From IMG/VR virus record IMGVR_UViG_3300025120_000033: DNA of 64,000 bases; one strand, written 5' to 3'. The DNA is from an uncultured virus (IMG/VR IMGVR_UViG_3300025120_000033) (taxonomy: Duplodnaviria; Heunggongvirae; Uroviricota; Caudoviricetes). Below the pieces are notes generated by a model, which was given only the letters and a program-made list of their open reading frames with translations, was not told the origin of the DNA and did no database searches. Both the position numbers and the translations under genes were made by a program. Below are positions 35,130-45,521 of this stretch, piece by piece (the stretch's first letter is position 1; each line of letters starts with the position of its first letter).

Positions 35130-35869
35130 AGATCTTCAACCATGTGAGTTGCGCGGCTTTTGTCGTGCAACCACATCACAAGAAGATATCGGTCACCAGA
35201 CTGCACAGGAAGCCCCCTGTGGAGGTTTGTGAATGAAGGGAATATCAGGGCATGGCCTGACGGTAAGGGCTTTAAAACGCCATGATTATGGAATTCTGTG
35301 CCCCCTCCTATGTAATCCCCAGTGTTCAATGGAATAACCACCGATATATCTGAGGATTCGTCGTGGTGCCACGCCCCCGCCTTCTTGTCCTTTGGATTGT
35401 AATTAGCAATTTGTATTGCAGAGATGTCAAAGCAATCACGTTGATAAAGGCTCAAAAACAACGGATTTAAAATCGTCTGCACCACAAACCACATCCTTTC
35501 ATATAACTGTGGCACATGATCTTTTAAAACGATCTCGGGTATCTGCCGTAGCTCATCCTCTTCGTCATTCACCTTAAAGGCTACGTGCTTCTCCATCTCT
35601 TTTATCTCTTCCACTATCATCTTGCACCATGCCCTACGAAACAGTGGCACGGTATAAATGTCTGGAAACGGATTCTTGCACATTTTTTGCGCTGGGGTTT
35701 TTTCTAGGTTCTCCTTCCCCTCGCTGACTCTATATTTTGCAATGACTGGAATCGATTCTTCAACGGCTTGATACAACGGCTGATTGATGAACCAGTTAGA
35801 TTTCATGCTGAGCAAATAATTTTTTAGGGTATATTTCATAGTTGTAAATTGTTGCACATATCTATACAA
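35126..35869 (-). CDS. 2OG-Fe(II) oxygenase (lysyl-hydroxylase-like)
   Basis: HHD...LN...YIGGGTEF...HRGLPV..GDRY (HxD...H...R). Confidence 0.85.
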   Translation of the reverse strand: MYRYVQQFTTMKYTLKNYLLSMKSNWFINQPLYQAVEESIPVIAKYRVSEGKENLEKTPAQKMCKNPFPDIYTVPLFRRAWCKMIVEEIKEMEKHVAFKVNDEEDELRQIPEIVLKDHVPQLYERMWFVVQTILNPLFLSLYQRDCFDISAIQIANYNPKDKKAGAWHHDESSDISVVIPLNTGDYIGGGTEFHNHGVLKPLPSGHALIFPSFTNLHRGLPVQSGDRYLLVMWLHDKSRATHMVEDL

Positions 35870-35904
35870 TCTACAAACTTATATAGCATAAAGAGCCTTA
35901 AAAA

Positions 35905-36093
35905 ATGGAATCAGTGATAACGGAAAAAAGCCAGCAAGATAGGCAACGCAAAAGTTTGGCGGTGGATCAACATACATACGATCTTCTAGCGGAGATTTGT
36001 TTCGATCAGCGCCGATCTAAAATTGATCAACTTAAAATGTTAATTGAGCACGAACATGACAAATTGTTTTTGCCTAGGAACGTGGCTAGATGA
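35905..36093 (+). CDS. Ribbon-helix-helix-like DNA-binding protein
   Basis: RKSLAVDQHTYDLLAEIC...RSKIDQLKMLIE. Confidence 0.6.
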   Translation: MESVITEKSQQDRQRKSLAVDQHTYDLLAEICFDQRRSKIDQLKMLIEHEHDKLFLPRNVAR

Positions 36094-36329
36094 TCAACTT
36101 TGCAAAGAAAAAGTCTCTTCCGCAATCTTACAAGCCAGTGCTTGAGGGCGGCGAAGTCATAGACCTTTTTGCTCGACTCACGTTGTATCAACAAGCGGCG
36201 TTAATGCGTTTACTTAGCAGAAACACCGTGATCAACGTCAACGGCGAGCAATATATGGGCTATGAATTCGATTATGAGGTTGATGGCGCCGTGATCTCTA
36301 TCTCAGAATCTTCTGAAGATTTAGATTAA
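36090..36329 (+). CDS. Hypothetical protein
   Basis: 4-nt overlap with RHH gene. Confidence 0.6.
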   Translation: MINFAKKKSLPQSYKPVLEGGEVIDLFARLTLYQQAALMRLLSRNTVINVNGEQYMGYEFDYEVDGAVISISESSEDLD

Positions 36330-38855
36330 ACCAGCTATCCCAGCGCTTGGCTGTTGGAGCCTAGCCGCCAACTCTCTATCCGCGTCATTAGGCAGGATCG
36401 TTGGGGACATACTCGACTGCCCTGAAAAAGACCCAGATCCCATAGACGGAAGGGGCTCAAACATTGGAGCGCCAACATCTGGAACATCTATTGACGACAT
36501 CTGAGACATTAACTCTTCTCTGGTTGGCAACAGCTTGTCTGCTACAGATCTTGGCACCGCTTGCCGAAAAGATACCTCGTTGTTATCTGAAATTCCCTCA
36601 GTAACTGACCCTTTTAAAGTTTCGGTATCTTGCCATTCAATTGGTTCAATAGACTCTTGCGTTAACCCCTGAACAACTGCGCGAACCTCGTCTCGAATGT
36701 CTGGGTTTAACTCAGATATCTGGGCAAGTCTGCGGATGTGTTGACCAAAAGACTGCGGATTATATGCCGCCTTCTCCACACCCTCTGTAAGCCACTTAAC
36801 AAAATTTGGATTTGTCATTAATTTTGCAGAGGCATACGGAGCAATAAGTCCGCTCAAACCGTACTCAAACCCCTCGCCTCCGATAAGCCTACCTGACTCT
36901 CCAGCTAACGGGCCAAAAGTTCCCATGGCACCTAACAACCTTGCGGTTCCAGACGGGTTTGCCATGTCGCTCGCTGACTTGCCAACTCGATCTATTGTAA
37001 AAACCAAATCGTCAAGCGCGGGGGCTAATTTCTCGTATTCTGTGCCGCCAAATAACGCTTCCCTTGCTTCTTTTGAAGTGTTATTCCAATTGCGAATAAA
37101 TGTGTTAGGAGAAAATCCAGCGTCTAATATTGTCTCGGCGCCCTCTTTAAAGGCTTGCTCCCCCATCTCCGAGGCGCCAGCGGCCCCAGCATTTGGAAGC
37201 CCCATCCTTCCGAGCATATAACCAGACAAGACATTAAATTCTTCCGAGGTAAATTGCCGACGCATTTTTTCTAGGCGCTCTGCGCCCTCTTTATTGCCGC
37301 CTAGAACCAGCCGCAATGCTCCAGTCGCCTCCTGCTCCCCAGACTTAATAACCTTGTCAATAAAAGCAATGTCACCGCCCTTACGCATATTGTCAGCAAC
37401 AAAAGAGTTGGCTTCTTTGTAAAGTTTCAATACATCTTTGGCGTTTTTCTGCCCAGCTTGACCGCCCAAAAGATCCATCTGCGATCTGGATGCGTTTTTA
37501 ACCAGATTATCTAAGTCGCTAGAAACATATCCGATCAACTCTTTTACTTTTCTGTCCGAGGCATTTAAAGCCCCTTGGGACTCTGACTTTCTAACTGTAG
37601 CCATTAAACTACTTCGGAAATTTTTAAGCTGATTGTAATCTAACAGCCCTTCTCCTGCGTCACGCAAAACCTTTGCCGCAAGCTCCAATGCTGGGTCAAC
37701 GTCTGCCGACCCAGTGGCTGTTTTACTTGTAGCAATATATTTATCAACAAAAGTTTTTGTTGCAGATCCGCTTGAAGTAACGTCACCAATTAATTCGCCA
37801 ACCTCGTTATACATTGCGTTAACTTTTTCGTCGTAACGCGATCTTGCCGCTTGTGCGGCGTCCATTGTTTTATATGCCGCATCCGAAGTTGTTCTTGCGC
37901 CGCCGTATTGTTGAGCAAGCTTTGCCGCAGAATCTTGTATTTGAACTAAAGTCTGTTCGGCGTTTTGCTTCATTGTCGCAACAGATGGGGGAGCCGCAGA
38001 TAAATATTGCTCAAAAAGATTCGCTAAGGGGCTACCAGTAATTTGACCTGCTGTTGGGTTGGTTACTCCAGCACTTTGCATTCTAGTCAAAGCTTCTTTT
38101 GCGGGCGCCGACATTGTGCGCGTGGCAAATCTTACTGGAGCACCAGCAACAACTTTTACTCCCTGAAATACCTTTGATGCAATTGGCCCAGCCGCCGCAT
38201 TAATAGTTGCTGTAGTTGCAAAGTCAGAAAGCCTGTCCCCAGCCCCGCGATTATCTTCGGTTTCCCCAAAGTAATCTAAGATTCCAATATATGCTTCTCT
38301 TGCCGCCGCGCTTCCGACACCTTCGCCAGCAATAAATGCCGCAGTTGCCGCAGGAACCGTTCCAATAACTGTGGGCGCAGTTGCTGTAGCCGCCGCACCA
38401 GCGGCTAAGGTTCCGCCAACGATTGCGCCAGTCATTTCTGCAATTTCTGGCCCTGCGTCAGCAAAGTCGCCAAGCGTTGGGATTGGTATACCAAACAGGC
38501 GTATGTCTTCATCAAACAAACTTAATTTGCCAGTCTCTGGATTTGTTATTATAAAATTTCCGCGCCCAAAATTAGCCGCTCCACTTTCTGGGTCAAAAAC
38601 TTCCACAGGAATAGCGTCTGGATAAAACTTTTTAATTGTAGCCAACTTGTCGTCGGTATTTTGGGCGGCGGCAACCTGCGCTCTTATGCCTGCGGGGGCG
38701 CCCGACTTTGTATCAATAGATTTGTTTAAATCTTCTTGCGCCAAATTCATTAAAAAATTGTCGTCGTATGAGGGGACGTCTGGATTTGGGGCGCTATCAA
38801 CAACCATACTTAATAACTGATCGTCGTTTAAAGTACCAAGTGAAGTTTCGCTCAT
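36321..38855 (-). CDS. Internal virion/DNA ejection protein
   Basis: 844 aa, Ala-rich helical with hydrophobic segment, NPSGTA motif, last gene of virion operon. Confidence 0.6.
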   Translation of the reverse strand: MSETSLGTLNDDQLLSMVVDSAPNPDVPSYDDNFLMNLAQEDLNKSIDTKSGAPAGIRAQVAAAQNTDDKLATIKKFYPDAIPVEVFDPESGAANFGRGNFIITNPETGKLSLFDEDIRLFGIPIPTLGDFADAGPEIAEMTGAIVGGTLAAGAAATATAPTVIGTVPAATAAFIAGEGVGSAAAREAYIGILDYFGETEDNRGAGDRLSDFATTATINAAAGPIASKVFQGVKVVAGAPVRFATRTMSAPAKEALTRMQSAGVTNPTAGQITGSPLANLFEQYLSAAPPSVATMKQNAEQTLVQIQDSAAKLAQQYGGARTTSDAAYKTMDAAQAARSRYDEKVNAMYNEVGELIGDVTSSGSATKTFVDKYIATSKTATGSADVDPALELAAKVLRDAGEGLLDYNQLKNFRSSLMATVRKSESQGALNASDRKVKELIGYVSSDLDNLVKNASRSQMDLLGGQAGQKNAKDVLKLYKEANSFVADNMRKGGDIAFIDKVIKSGEQEATGALRLVLGGNKEGAERLEKMRRQFTSEEFNVLSGYMLGRMGLPNAGAAGASEMGEQAFKEGAETILDAGFSPNTFIRNWNNTSKEAREALFGGTEYEKLAPALDDLVFTIDRVGKSASDMANPSGTARLLGAMGTFGPLAGESGRLIGGEGFEYGLSGLIAPYASAKLMTNPNFVKWLTEGVEKAAYNPQSFGQHIRRLAQISELNPDIRDEVRAVVQGLTQESIEPIEWQDTETLKGSVTEGISDNNEVSFRQAVPRSVADKLLPTREELMSQMSSIDVPDVGAPMFEPLPSMGSGSFSGQSSMSPTILPNDADRELAARLQQPSAGIAGLI

Positions 38856-39496
38856 TTAATAAGACCCCTATCCCGCAATTTTTTTGCTAAATCTGGGTCA
38901 TTTTGCGCTCTTTTCTTTAAAATTTCCAGAGCCTCAATTGGCGCTTGACCAGCAGTTTCGCTTTTTGCAATGCCTTCTTCTACTTGATCAAAAGCTTTTC
39001 CCGCTTGAGAAATCATTCCAGAAACTGCTATTTTTCTGGCTTTTGATTTTTGAGCTAAAACTTCGGTTCGATCACCCGGTTGTGGAATATACAACTCAAA
39101 CATCATTTCTTGCTCTGTTGGTGTTATCGCGGCGCCCGACTCTTTTCGTAGAACCGCCATAGCAAAATCCATAGCCGCATTTTCAAAAACTTGTCTTTTT
39201 CCAGACTTTAAATAATTTTCTGCAAGCTCTGGAATAAATGGGGATTTGTCTATTAAAACAGCATCTTTGAAATTAATTGGGTTAAAACCAGAGTCAATTA
39301 GTTGCTGTATGTTTTTATTTGCTTCTTGCATTCTTACAGCAAAAGTTGCCGATTCTTTTTGGCCTTCACCAAAAGGATCTTTTTTCTTTTCTGTCCCTTC
39401 GATTACACCAAAACTTTCAATCTTTTGTGAAGGGGTAGACGCTGGGCGAGAAGAAATATTTGTAAACTCTTCCATACTTATAGCTTCTCTTGGCAT
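38852..39496 (-). CDS. Putative internal virion protein
   Basis: AVLRKESGAAI motif; position in operon. Confidence 0.6.
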   Translation of the reverse strand: MPREAISMEEFTNISSRPASTPSQKIESFGVIEGTEKKKDPFGEGQKESATFAVRMQEANKNIQQLIDSGFNPINFKDAVLIDKSPFIPELAENYLKSGKRQVFENAAMDFAMAVLRKESGAAITPTEQEMMFELYIPQPGDRTEVLAQKSKARKIAVSGMISQAGKAFDQVEEGIAKSETAGQAPIEALEILKKRAQNDPDLAKKLRDRGLIK

Positions 39497-39502
39497 TCCC
39501 GA

Positions 39503-40249
39503 TTACTCCGTAAAATATATTGTTGTAGCGTTAGGGTCGTTGTCTTTAAATATGGGCTTTCCGTCTTTGTATTGTCCCGTAAAAGTAGATCCTGCTGGCG
39601 CATTTACGGTAGCCGCAGGGGCCGAAGAAGAATTGTTTAATACGTCATCCAGATTTAAGCCGGGTAACATAATGCTTTCGGTTCCCCTTTCTGTCTGAAT
39701 GGTAGACGGCCTCGGCTTAGTGATTAATGCCAAAGCAATTTTGTATTCTGTTGTTTTTTTAAGCTCTGGGTTTTTTTCTCCCTCAATAATCATATTTAAT
39801 GCGGCAGACTCAACGCTTTTGCCTTGAAAGTAACCATTGTTCTGCTTGAGCATTTCTAGTTCATATTTAAAATTAGAATCCAACATCTTTTCTTGCATTA
39901 ACTGGCTGTCGGCTTTTTTCTTCTCAAGATCAGAGTAAGCCATCTGCATTAACTTAGATTGCATTTCATCCGCAACCGCTCGGCGTTTTTGTGCCGCTTC
40001 GGAAAACAGATTAAACCCTGCCGCCAAACCATAGCCCACAGACGATGGTCGCCCACTTGCCGCCTGCTGAGTTAAGCCCTGCGACAAAGATGTAGCAAGA
40101 TCATAGATGTTGGCTTTGCGTTGCTGTGGCATAAGCATCGAAAGCTCTCTCGCACGCTCACTAATGTCAGCATACGTTGGGGGAGCCTGATCTTTCTGTA
40201 ACGCAGTCAGTTGATCAAAATAACTAGTTGTTGGATTTGGCGTTGCCAT
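39503..40249 (-). CDS. Putative internal virion protein
   Basis: 248 aa helical; position in operon. Confidence 0.6.
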   Translation of the reverse strand: MATPNPTTSYFDQLTALQKDQAPPTYADISERARELSMLMPQQRKANIYDLATSLSQGLTQQAASGRPSSVGYGLAAGFNLFSEAAQKRRAVADEMQSKLMQMAYSDLEKKKADSQLMQEKMLDSNFKYELEMLKQNNGYFQGKSVESAALNMIIEGEKNPELKKTTEYKIALALITKPRPSTIQTERGTESIMLPGLNLDDVLNNSSSAPAATVNAPAGSTFTGQYKDGKPIFKDNDPNATTIYFTE

Positions 40250-40257
40250 ATTTTAAC

Positions 40258-43188
40258 CTACTGGTAATAGTATTGTGACGGCTGATTATTTCCGCTTGTC
40301 TGCCCAACAAAGTTTCCTACGGCGCCCAAGGTTCCCAGACCTGTTGCTAAACCAGCCTGCAATGCGCTTGGCGTGGGGGCGTAGTTTGTATTGATCTGAG
40401 AGGATCCGCCTGCACCAACGCCCATGTTCATAAATGGCATCAAGGATTGGTACTGAGCCAACGGCGCCTGCTGGGCTTGCAACAATGACGCTCTCTGAGC
40501 ATCTAGTTGCTGTTGTGACAGACCCTGTTGCATATTGCCCATGTTCATCAGCGTGTTCATATCTTGGCTATTGGCGTTAGAGATCTGCCCGCCCAAACCT
40601 TGGAGGAAGTTTCCATATCCCTGCTGGGCTTGCAGTTGCTGTTGACCAATTTGATTCTGCACATTGCCTAGCTGAGCCTGACCCTGCGATACTGCTTGCG
40701 CGTTAGCCATGGTATTTTGACCATACATATTTCTTGCGTTGCTTGACGCCTGACCCATGTTAGCCATCGTGTTGCCTAACTGTTGCTGAGCCGCAAGGTT
40801 TTGAGACGCGCTGTTGCGCAACTGCGTGTTCATGTTTTGATTGGCGCCCAACATACCTTGAGCTTGAGCCATTTGCTGACCTGTTAGAGCTTGGTTGGCA
40901 CCAAAGTTTGTCTGCGAAACATCACCGATTCTGCGAGCAAGAGATTGACCTGCCGACCCAAGCTGAGACGCTTGATTGCCAAGCATATTGGCTAGAGATT
41001 GATCTGCACCAAACTGCTGGGTTGCTTGATTGGCTCTCATATTTGCGGTTGCTTGATCTGCGGCCAAAGCGGCATTTGCTTGGCTGTTCATTAGGCTCGA
41101 TAGCCCTTGATCTGCCCCATATCTTTGTGCCGCATTACTGCCTATCATGCCAGCCAATGCCTGATCGGCGCCAAACTCTTGAGACGCCTGATTACCCATC
41201 ATTGACGCCAAAGACTGCCCTGCGCCGAAGCGCTGGCTTCCTGCGGCTGACAATCTATCTGCAATGCTTCGCTCTGCCTGCAAGCGCTGTGCCGCGTCTG
41301 ACGACAACTGTCCAGACAAGCTTTGCTCTGCACCAAGGCGTTGACCTGCGCCAGAACCGAGAGCCCCAGCAAATCTTTCCGAGGCGCCAAGACCTTGACT
41401 GCTCAGTGACGCCAATCCTGAAGCGCCTTGCCTTTGGGCATCTTGCTGTCGCTGAAACTCATTCATTGCGGCGGTTTGTGCATTCTGGAATCCAGCCGCA
41501 CGAATGCCGCCAACTTCTTTTGCTAAACCCCGACCAACGGCTTCTGCTCGTTCTGAGGCTCCCAGCCGAGCGCGAGAACCAAAGGCCGACTCTCCGCCCC
41601 TAGCTATGTTGCTGGCAAACTCCTGCATATCGGCTTGAGAGAGGTTTTTGGTGGCATCGTCGATTGTCTGTTGAACCACCGCATCTTCGTATGGATTATA
41701 AAAATTGCTTACCGACGAGGGATCAAACGACTGGTTGGTTGTCCCACGCAATAGTTGCTGTGACTCATCCAAGTCGTCAGTAAAGTCGCTGAGAGCGCCA
41801 ATCCCCAAACGCTCAACGTCATCAAGTCTATTGCCAAAACGATCCACAGAACCAGCAAGACGGCCAGTAGCAAGCGCCGACTCTCGACCAAACCGATCCA
41901 CAGCGCCACGCTCTGCGCCAATTGCGCCATAAAGTTCGTCGCCTAACCTTTCTTCGGCAAAGCTTAGCGCGTCCGTTGCTCCAGACAATCCGCTTCCTAG
42001 CCTTTTGCCAGCGAAGCCAAGAGCGCTTTCCGCTCTTGATAAACCGCCGCCTAAAACGTCCCCTGCTTGGCGCAATGTGTTTGACGCACCCAACTGACCA
42101 CTGCGCAAATCACTCGCCGCAGATCCCATGGCACCTGTTGCTTGAGACAATCCTTGGCCCAGAGAAGTTCCCGCACGACCTAAAGTATCAGAAGCGCCAG
42201 ACAATCCAGACCTCAAGTTGTTGAATGATCCTGCCTCGGCACCTAAAGATCGATCCAGCCCAAAGCCTAAATCTGAAACACCGCGCTGTAAGTTTCCTGT
42301 GGCGCCTTGGGTCATGTTACCAAACTGATCAACAGCGCCACGAGAGAGCGAATCCAATCCGCCTAAACTTCTACCAAATCTTGAAGTGGCTCCCCTAGAA
42401 ATTGCTTCATTAATATCGTTTCCGCGTAGCGCGTCCTGAAGACCAAGGCGAGACTGAAAATCAGACTGTCCAGAACCGCGTTGCAATTCCCGTAAAGACT
42501 GACCCTGAGATCCCAACTGTTGAGCTTGACCACGATCAAGTGCGCCAAGGCCAGCACGCATTTCCGCTTCCGACTGCTGAAGGAATGGAAGTTGAGAGCC
42601 AGTGTTGCTTCTAGCCAAATTCATGGCCGCCAATTGGTCTTGATTAAAGCCAGCAATTTCTTGCGGTATTACAATTGGCTTGCCTTCGGCATCAAAAAAC
42701 GTGCGGTTTGCGGCTCGCATCGCGCCGGGTATAAACCCGCCTTGCCCATCTAAACCGTAAAGCAACTGCTGAGTAACCGGATCCATGGTTGTCTGCGTGG
42801 AGGTAACGCCGCTGACATATGGATTGTCGCTTGGCGCTATTATTTGTTCATTTGTTTGAGCGGCGGGCCCCCCAACCATCACATCTGGAGTCTGAGGAAA
42901 ATTACTCGGGCCCATCATGGGTGAGTCTTTCTCTAAACCGTATTGGTCAAGCTGGCTTTGCATCAACTGATCCCGAAGGGCGTTCTTTTGAGACAGGCGA
43001 GAATTAAGGTCGCCCTCAAAACCGTAGTCGTCGAGAGCCTTGCCTGATTCTGCCATCGCGGCTTCAAACTGTTGAATTATGGAGGCGTCGGGCTCTGACC
43101 CAAATTTATTCTTATATGCAAAAGCAAACTCATCAACGTCACCGCTTCCGGTAGCGTTGCCCGCTTCCGTTCTAAAAAATACACTCAT
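40258..43188 (-). CDS. Gln/Gly/Ala-rich repetitive ejection (pilot-like) protein
   Basis: ~18-aa repeats (QxFGAxQxLAxMxG); YNPYEDAVV and AFGSR motifs. Confidence 0.65.
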   Translation of the reverse strand: MSVFFRTEAGNATGSGDVDEFAFAYKNKFGSEPDASIIQQFEAAMAESGKALDDYGFEGDLNSRLSQKNALRDQLMQSQLDQYGLEKDSPMMGPSNFPQTPDVMVGGPAAQTNEQIIAPSDNPYVSGVTSTQTTMDPVTQQLLYGLDGQGGFIPGAMRAANRTFFDAEGKPIVIPQEIAGFNQDQLAAMNLARSNTGSQLPFLQQSEAEMRAGLGALDRGQAQQLGSQGQSLRELQRGSGQSDFQSRLGLQDALRGNDINEAISRGATSRFGRSLGGLDSLSRGAVDQFGNMTQGATGNLQRGVSDLGFGLDRSLGAEAGSFNNLRSGLSGASDTLGRAGTSLGQGLSQATGAMGSAASDLRSGQLGASNTLRQAGDVLGGGLSRAESALGFAGKRLGSGLSGATDALSFAEERLGDELYGAIGAERGAVDRFGRESALATGRLAGSVDRFGNRLDDVERLGIGALSDFTDDLDESQQLLRGTTNQSFDPSSVSNFYNPYEDAVVQQTIDDATKNLSQADMQEFASNIARGGESAFGSRARLGASERAEAVGRGLAKEVGGIRAAGFQNAQTAAMNEFQRQQDAQRQGASGLASLSSQGLGASERFAGALGSGAGQRLGAEQSLSGQLSSDAAQRLQAERSIADRLSAAGSQRFGAGQSLASMMGNQASQEFGADQALAGMIGSNAAQRYGADQGLSSLMNSQANAALAADQATANMRANQATQQFGADQSLANMLGNQASQLGSAGQSLARRIGDVSQTNFGANQALTGQQMAQAQGMLGANQNMNTQLRNSASQNLAAQQQLGNTMANMGQASSNARNMYGQNTMANAQAVSQGQAQLGNVQNQIGQQQLQAQQGYGNFLQGLGGQISNANSQDMNTLMNMGNMQQGLSQQQLDAQRASLLQAQQAPLAQYQSLMPFMNMGVGAGGSSQINTNYAPTPSALQAGLATGLGTLGAVGNFVGQTSGNNQPSQYYYQ

Positions 43189-45206
43189 GCTGGCTCCCCT
43201 GCAAACTCTTTAAAGAGCTCCATCATCTGATACATTAGGTCGGTGCCCTTGTCTCGCGACTCCTTGCCGTTAGCCTCTAAGGTAATGATGCCGCCATCTT
43301 TCTTCATGGTAAACGCTCCAGCGCCACGCACCGCTTGTCCGTTCATCACGAACTCGCCATCGCTAAGCATGGCTGGGATGTCGTCAGATATCTCTGTGCC
43401 TTCGCCTTCAATATCGCCAACCATTCTCTGAAACTCTTGCATACTGACGTTTCCGCCATCTGCATAAGCCATTACTGGCCCGCCGTATGCCATGCTTTGA
43501 GGGGCGCCGCCCGCAAGTTGCGGCAACGTGTTGCTCGGCAACAATCCAAATTCAGTCGGGTTCGGCGCCTTATCGCCCATTCTTCTAGCGATTTCGGCCT
43601 CAATGTTGTATCTGCCTGCGGCGTTCATTGTAGTCAGAGGCGTTAGCGCAACCCCGCGATCTTTCTTCGCTTCGTCGTAAGCCATCTTACCCAGCAAGTA
43701 AGCGGGTATTCCTGCGGTAGCCAATTGACCTAGACCGCCCATTCCACCCCCACCGCCAAGCAAGCCACCTAAACCGCCCGCAAATCCGCCTTGCACGTTG
43801 GGATTGGTTAAGCCTTTAATCATGTCAGGCGTTGGATTTTTACTACCAAGGCCAAAGCTCTTGCCAAGGTCTTTCATCCACTGGGGCGTGTCGAAAGCGT
43901 TGTCTATGGCGCCACCACTAATGAATGGGTTGAGTGCTCGATTTAAAGAAGATAGCCCACCTGAACCTTGGCTTGCGGCGTAACTTTGATTCATGGCATC
44001 TTGATACGCCTGTTCTGCCATAATCCCCGCATCGTCTTGAGACATCCCTTGATCCATTAAACTTTGGTAAACCCCCGCCGCATAATCCTCTGGGGTCTGG
44101 CCGCTTTGCATACCACCGCCGGGATATAGCTGGCTTAATGACATACCGCCACCGCCGCCACCCATGCCAGCCAACTGCATACCAACTTTTTGAAATCCGC
44201 CTTGTGGAGCGCCAGATAAGCTTCCCGGATTGAATACACTAGATCCAGCCCTAGCAACAGTGCCTGCGGGAATTGGTTGACCAGAATATGATGCGGTTCG
44301 TAGCAGGCCCGGTATTCCTCCGCCAGTCGCAGAGCCAGTAAAGGTTCCGAGAGGATCTGCCATCAATCCGCCAATACCAGATTTAAGCGCACCGTATGAT
44401 CCAGTCATTGACTTGCCTAGGCCAGACATAAAACTTCCACTGCCTGCCTTGGAGATGTTAGAAATGTTATCGGTCAAACTTCCGCCAGTAGCAAGCGGCC
44501 CAGCTACAGTTAATAACGCCAGAGGATTGCCGCCTTTCGCGACGTCGTAAACAGTAAACGCTTTGTTCGCCAATGCGGCGATAGGTTGCCAAGGGCCGGG
44601 CACAAACTGCGCAACTTGGGCTAGGGGTTTGACTACTTTCTTAACTACTTTTTTTACGCCCTTTGCAATTTTCTTAAAAAATCCAAACTCTTCCAAACCA
44701 GTAATTGGGTTCAGGGAGGCAATGCCCACACCTACAACCGCTTGCATTGGATCTATGTCGAGCTCGGCAAATCTATTCTGCACAGCCATCTCAAAGGCTT
44801 CGTCTTCAAAAGCTTCTGGTGGTAGTACGACTTCGCCGGGCCGTAAATGCGCCAGCGCAGAGTCGTCACCGCGCCCCTGTTGCGCCAGAAGAATTGCTTG
44901 CTCAGCCATCGGAGCTTGAGAGCCAACCATTGCGGCCTCGGCTAAATGCTCAAGCTTTGCCTTTTCTGTGGGGTCATCGGTCATGCCCGACTGCATCATT
45001 AGCTCTTCAATTGCTTGAGCGATTGCGACATTCGGATCTGCTGGCGCTTCAGCAACAGCTTGCTCCGCCTGCATCATCATATCCATCTGATTCTGGCTGG
45101 GAACATTTCCCCCATCAGCCATTTTGCGAGGCTGTACACTGCCGCCATACGACATTGATTGCGCGGTAGCTATTCCCATCAACGTATCTTCTAATTCTGT
45201 ATTCAT
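43185..45206 (-). CDS. Internal virion protein with GG motifs and SDxIPAMLSxGEFV domain
   Basis: HLRPGEVVLP, SLNPITGLEEF, GEGTEISDDIPAMLSDGEFV. Confidence 0.65.
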   Translation of the reverse strand: MNTELEDTLMGIATAQSMSYGGSVQPRKMADGGNVPSQNQMDMMMQAEQAVAEAPADPNVAIAQAIEELMMQSGMTDDPTEKAKLEHLAEAAMVGSQAPMAEQAILLAQQGRGDDSALAHLRPGEVVLPPEAFEDEAFEMAVQNRFAELDIDPMQAVVGVGIASLNPITGLEEFGFFKKIAKGVKKVVKKVVKPLAQVAQFVPGPWQPIAALANKAFTVYDVAKGGNPLALLTVAGPLATGGSLTDNISNISKAGSGSFMSGLGKSMTGSYGALKSGIGGLMADPLGTFTGSATGGGIPGLLRTASYSGQPIPAGTVARAGSSVFNPGSLSGAPQGGFQKVGMQLAGMGGGGGGMSLSQLYPGGGMQSGQTPEDYAAGVYQSLMDQGMSQDDAGIMAEQAYQDAMNQSYAASQGSGGLSSLNRALNPFISGGAIDNAFDTPQWMKDLGKSFGLGSKNPTPDMIKGLTNPNVQGGFAGGLGGLLGGGGGMGGLGQLATAGIPAYLLGKMAYDEAKKDRGVALTPLTTMNAAGRYNIEAEIARRMGDKAPNPTEFGLLPSNTLPQLAGGAPQSMAYGGPVMAYADGGNVSMQEFQRMVGDIEGEGTEISDDIPAMLSDGEFVMNGQAVRGAGAFTMKKDGGIITLEANGKESRDKGTDLMYQMMELFKEFAGEPA

Positions 45207-45209
45207 TGA

Positions 45210-45521
45210 TTAAATGCTCACTGTCAAGGCGCCGACCGCCGAAGTAATGCCGCTACTATTCAGCACGTAAGTTTGGTGACCGTAAAGATCTCTAAGTGCA
45301 ACCCCATCAAAGGCTTGATGAATCTCTAAAGTCGTGTTAAAGATTATAGCACCAGTGGCAAACTGTAAACTAGCCACTTCGTCTGAATTAAAATGCGGCG
45401 ATATAGTAAAATCGACGGCGCCAAGGTTTATTTCTAATATTCTGACAAGGCGATTAAAGGTTGCTGAGTCAACAGAACCGCCAGCGGCAACTGGTAATCG
45501 AGTTTGTAGCAACCGACTCAT
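45210..45521 (-). CDS. Small virion protein
   Basis: Coupled to tail gene. Confidence 0.6.
   Translation of the reverse strand: MSRLLQTRLPVAAGGSVDSATFNRLVRILEINLGAVDFTISPHFNSDEVASLQFATGAIIFNTTLEIHQAFDGVALRDLYGHQTYVLNSSGITSAVGALTVSI

Noticed and set aside
39497..39505. In-frame TAA between ORFs 39503-40249 and 38852-39496 as read-through or recoding
   Set aside because: The downstream ORF has its own GGAG and ATG, and there is no other sign of stop reassignment.
40258..43188. Repetitive 976-aa ORF as a siphovirus tape measure protein
   Set aside because: No tail tube, chaperone or baseplate genes recognised; context fits a podovirus ejection protein.
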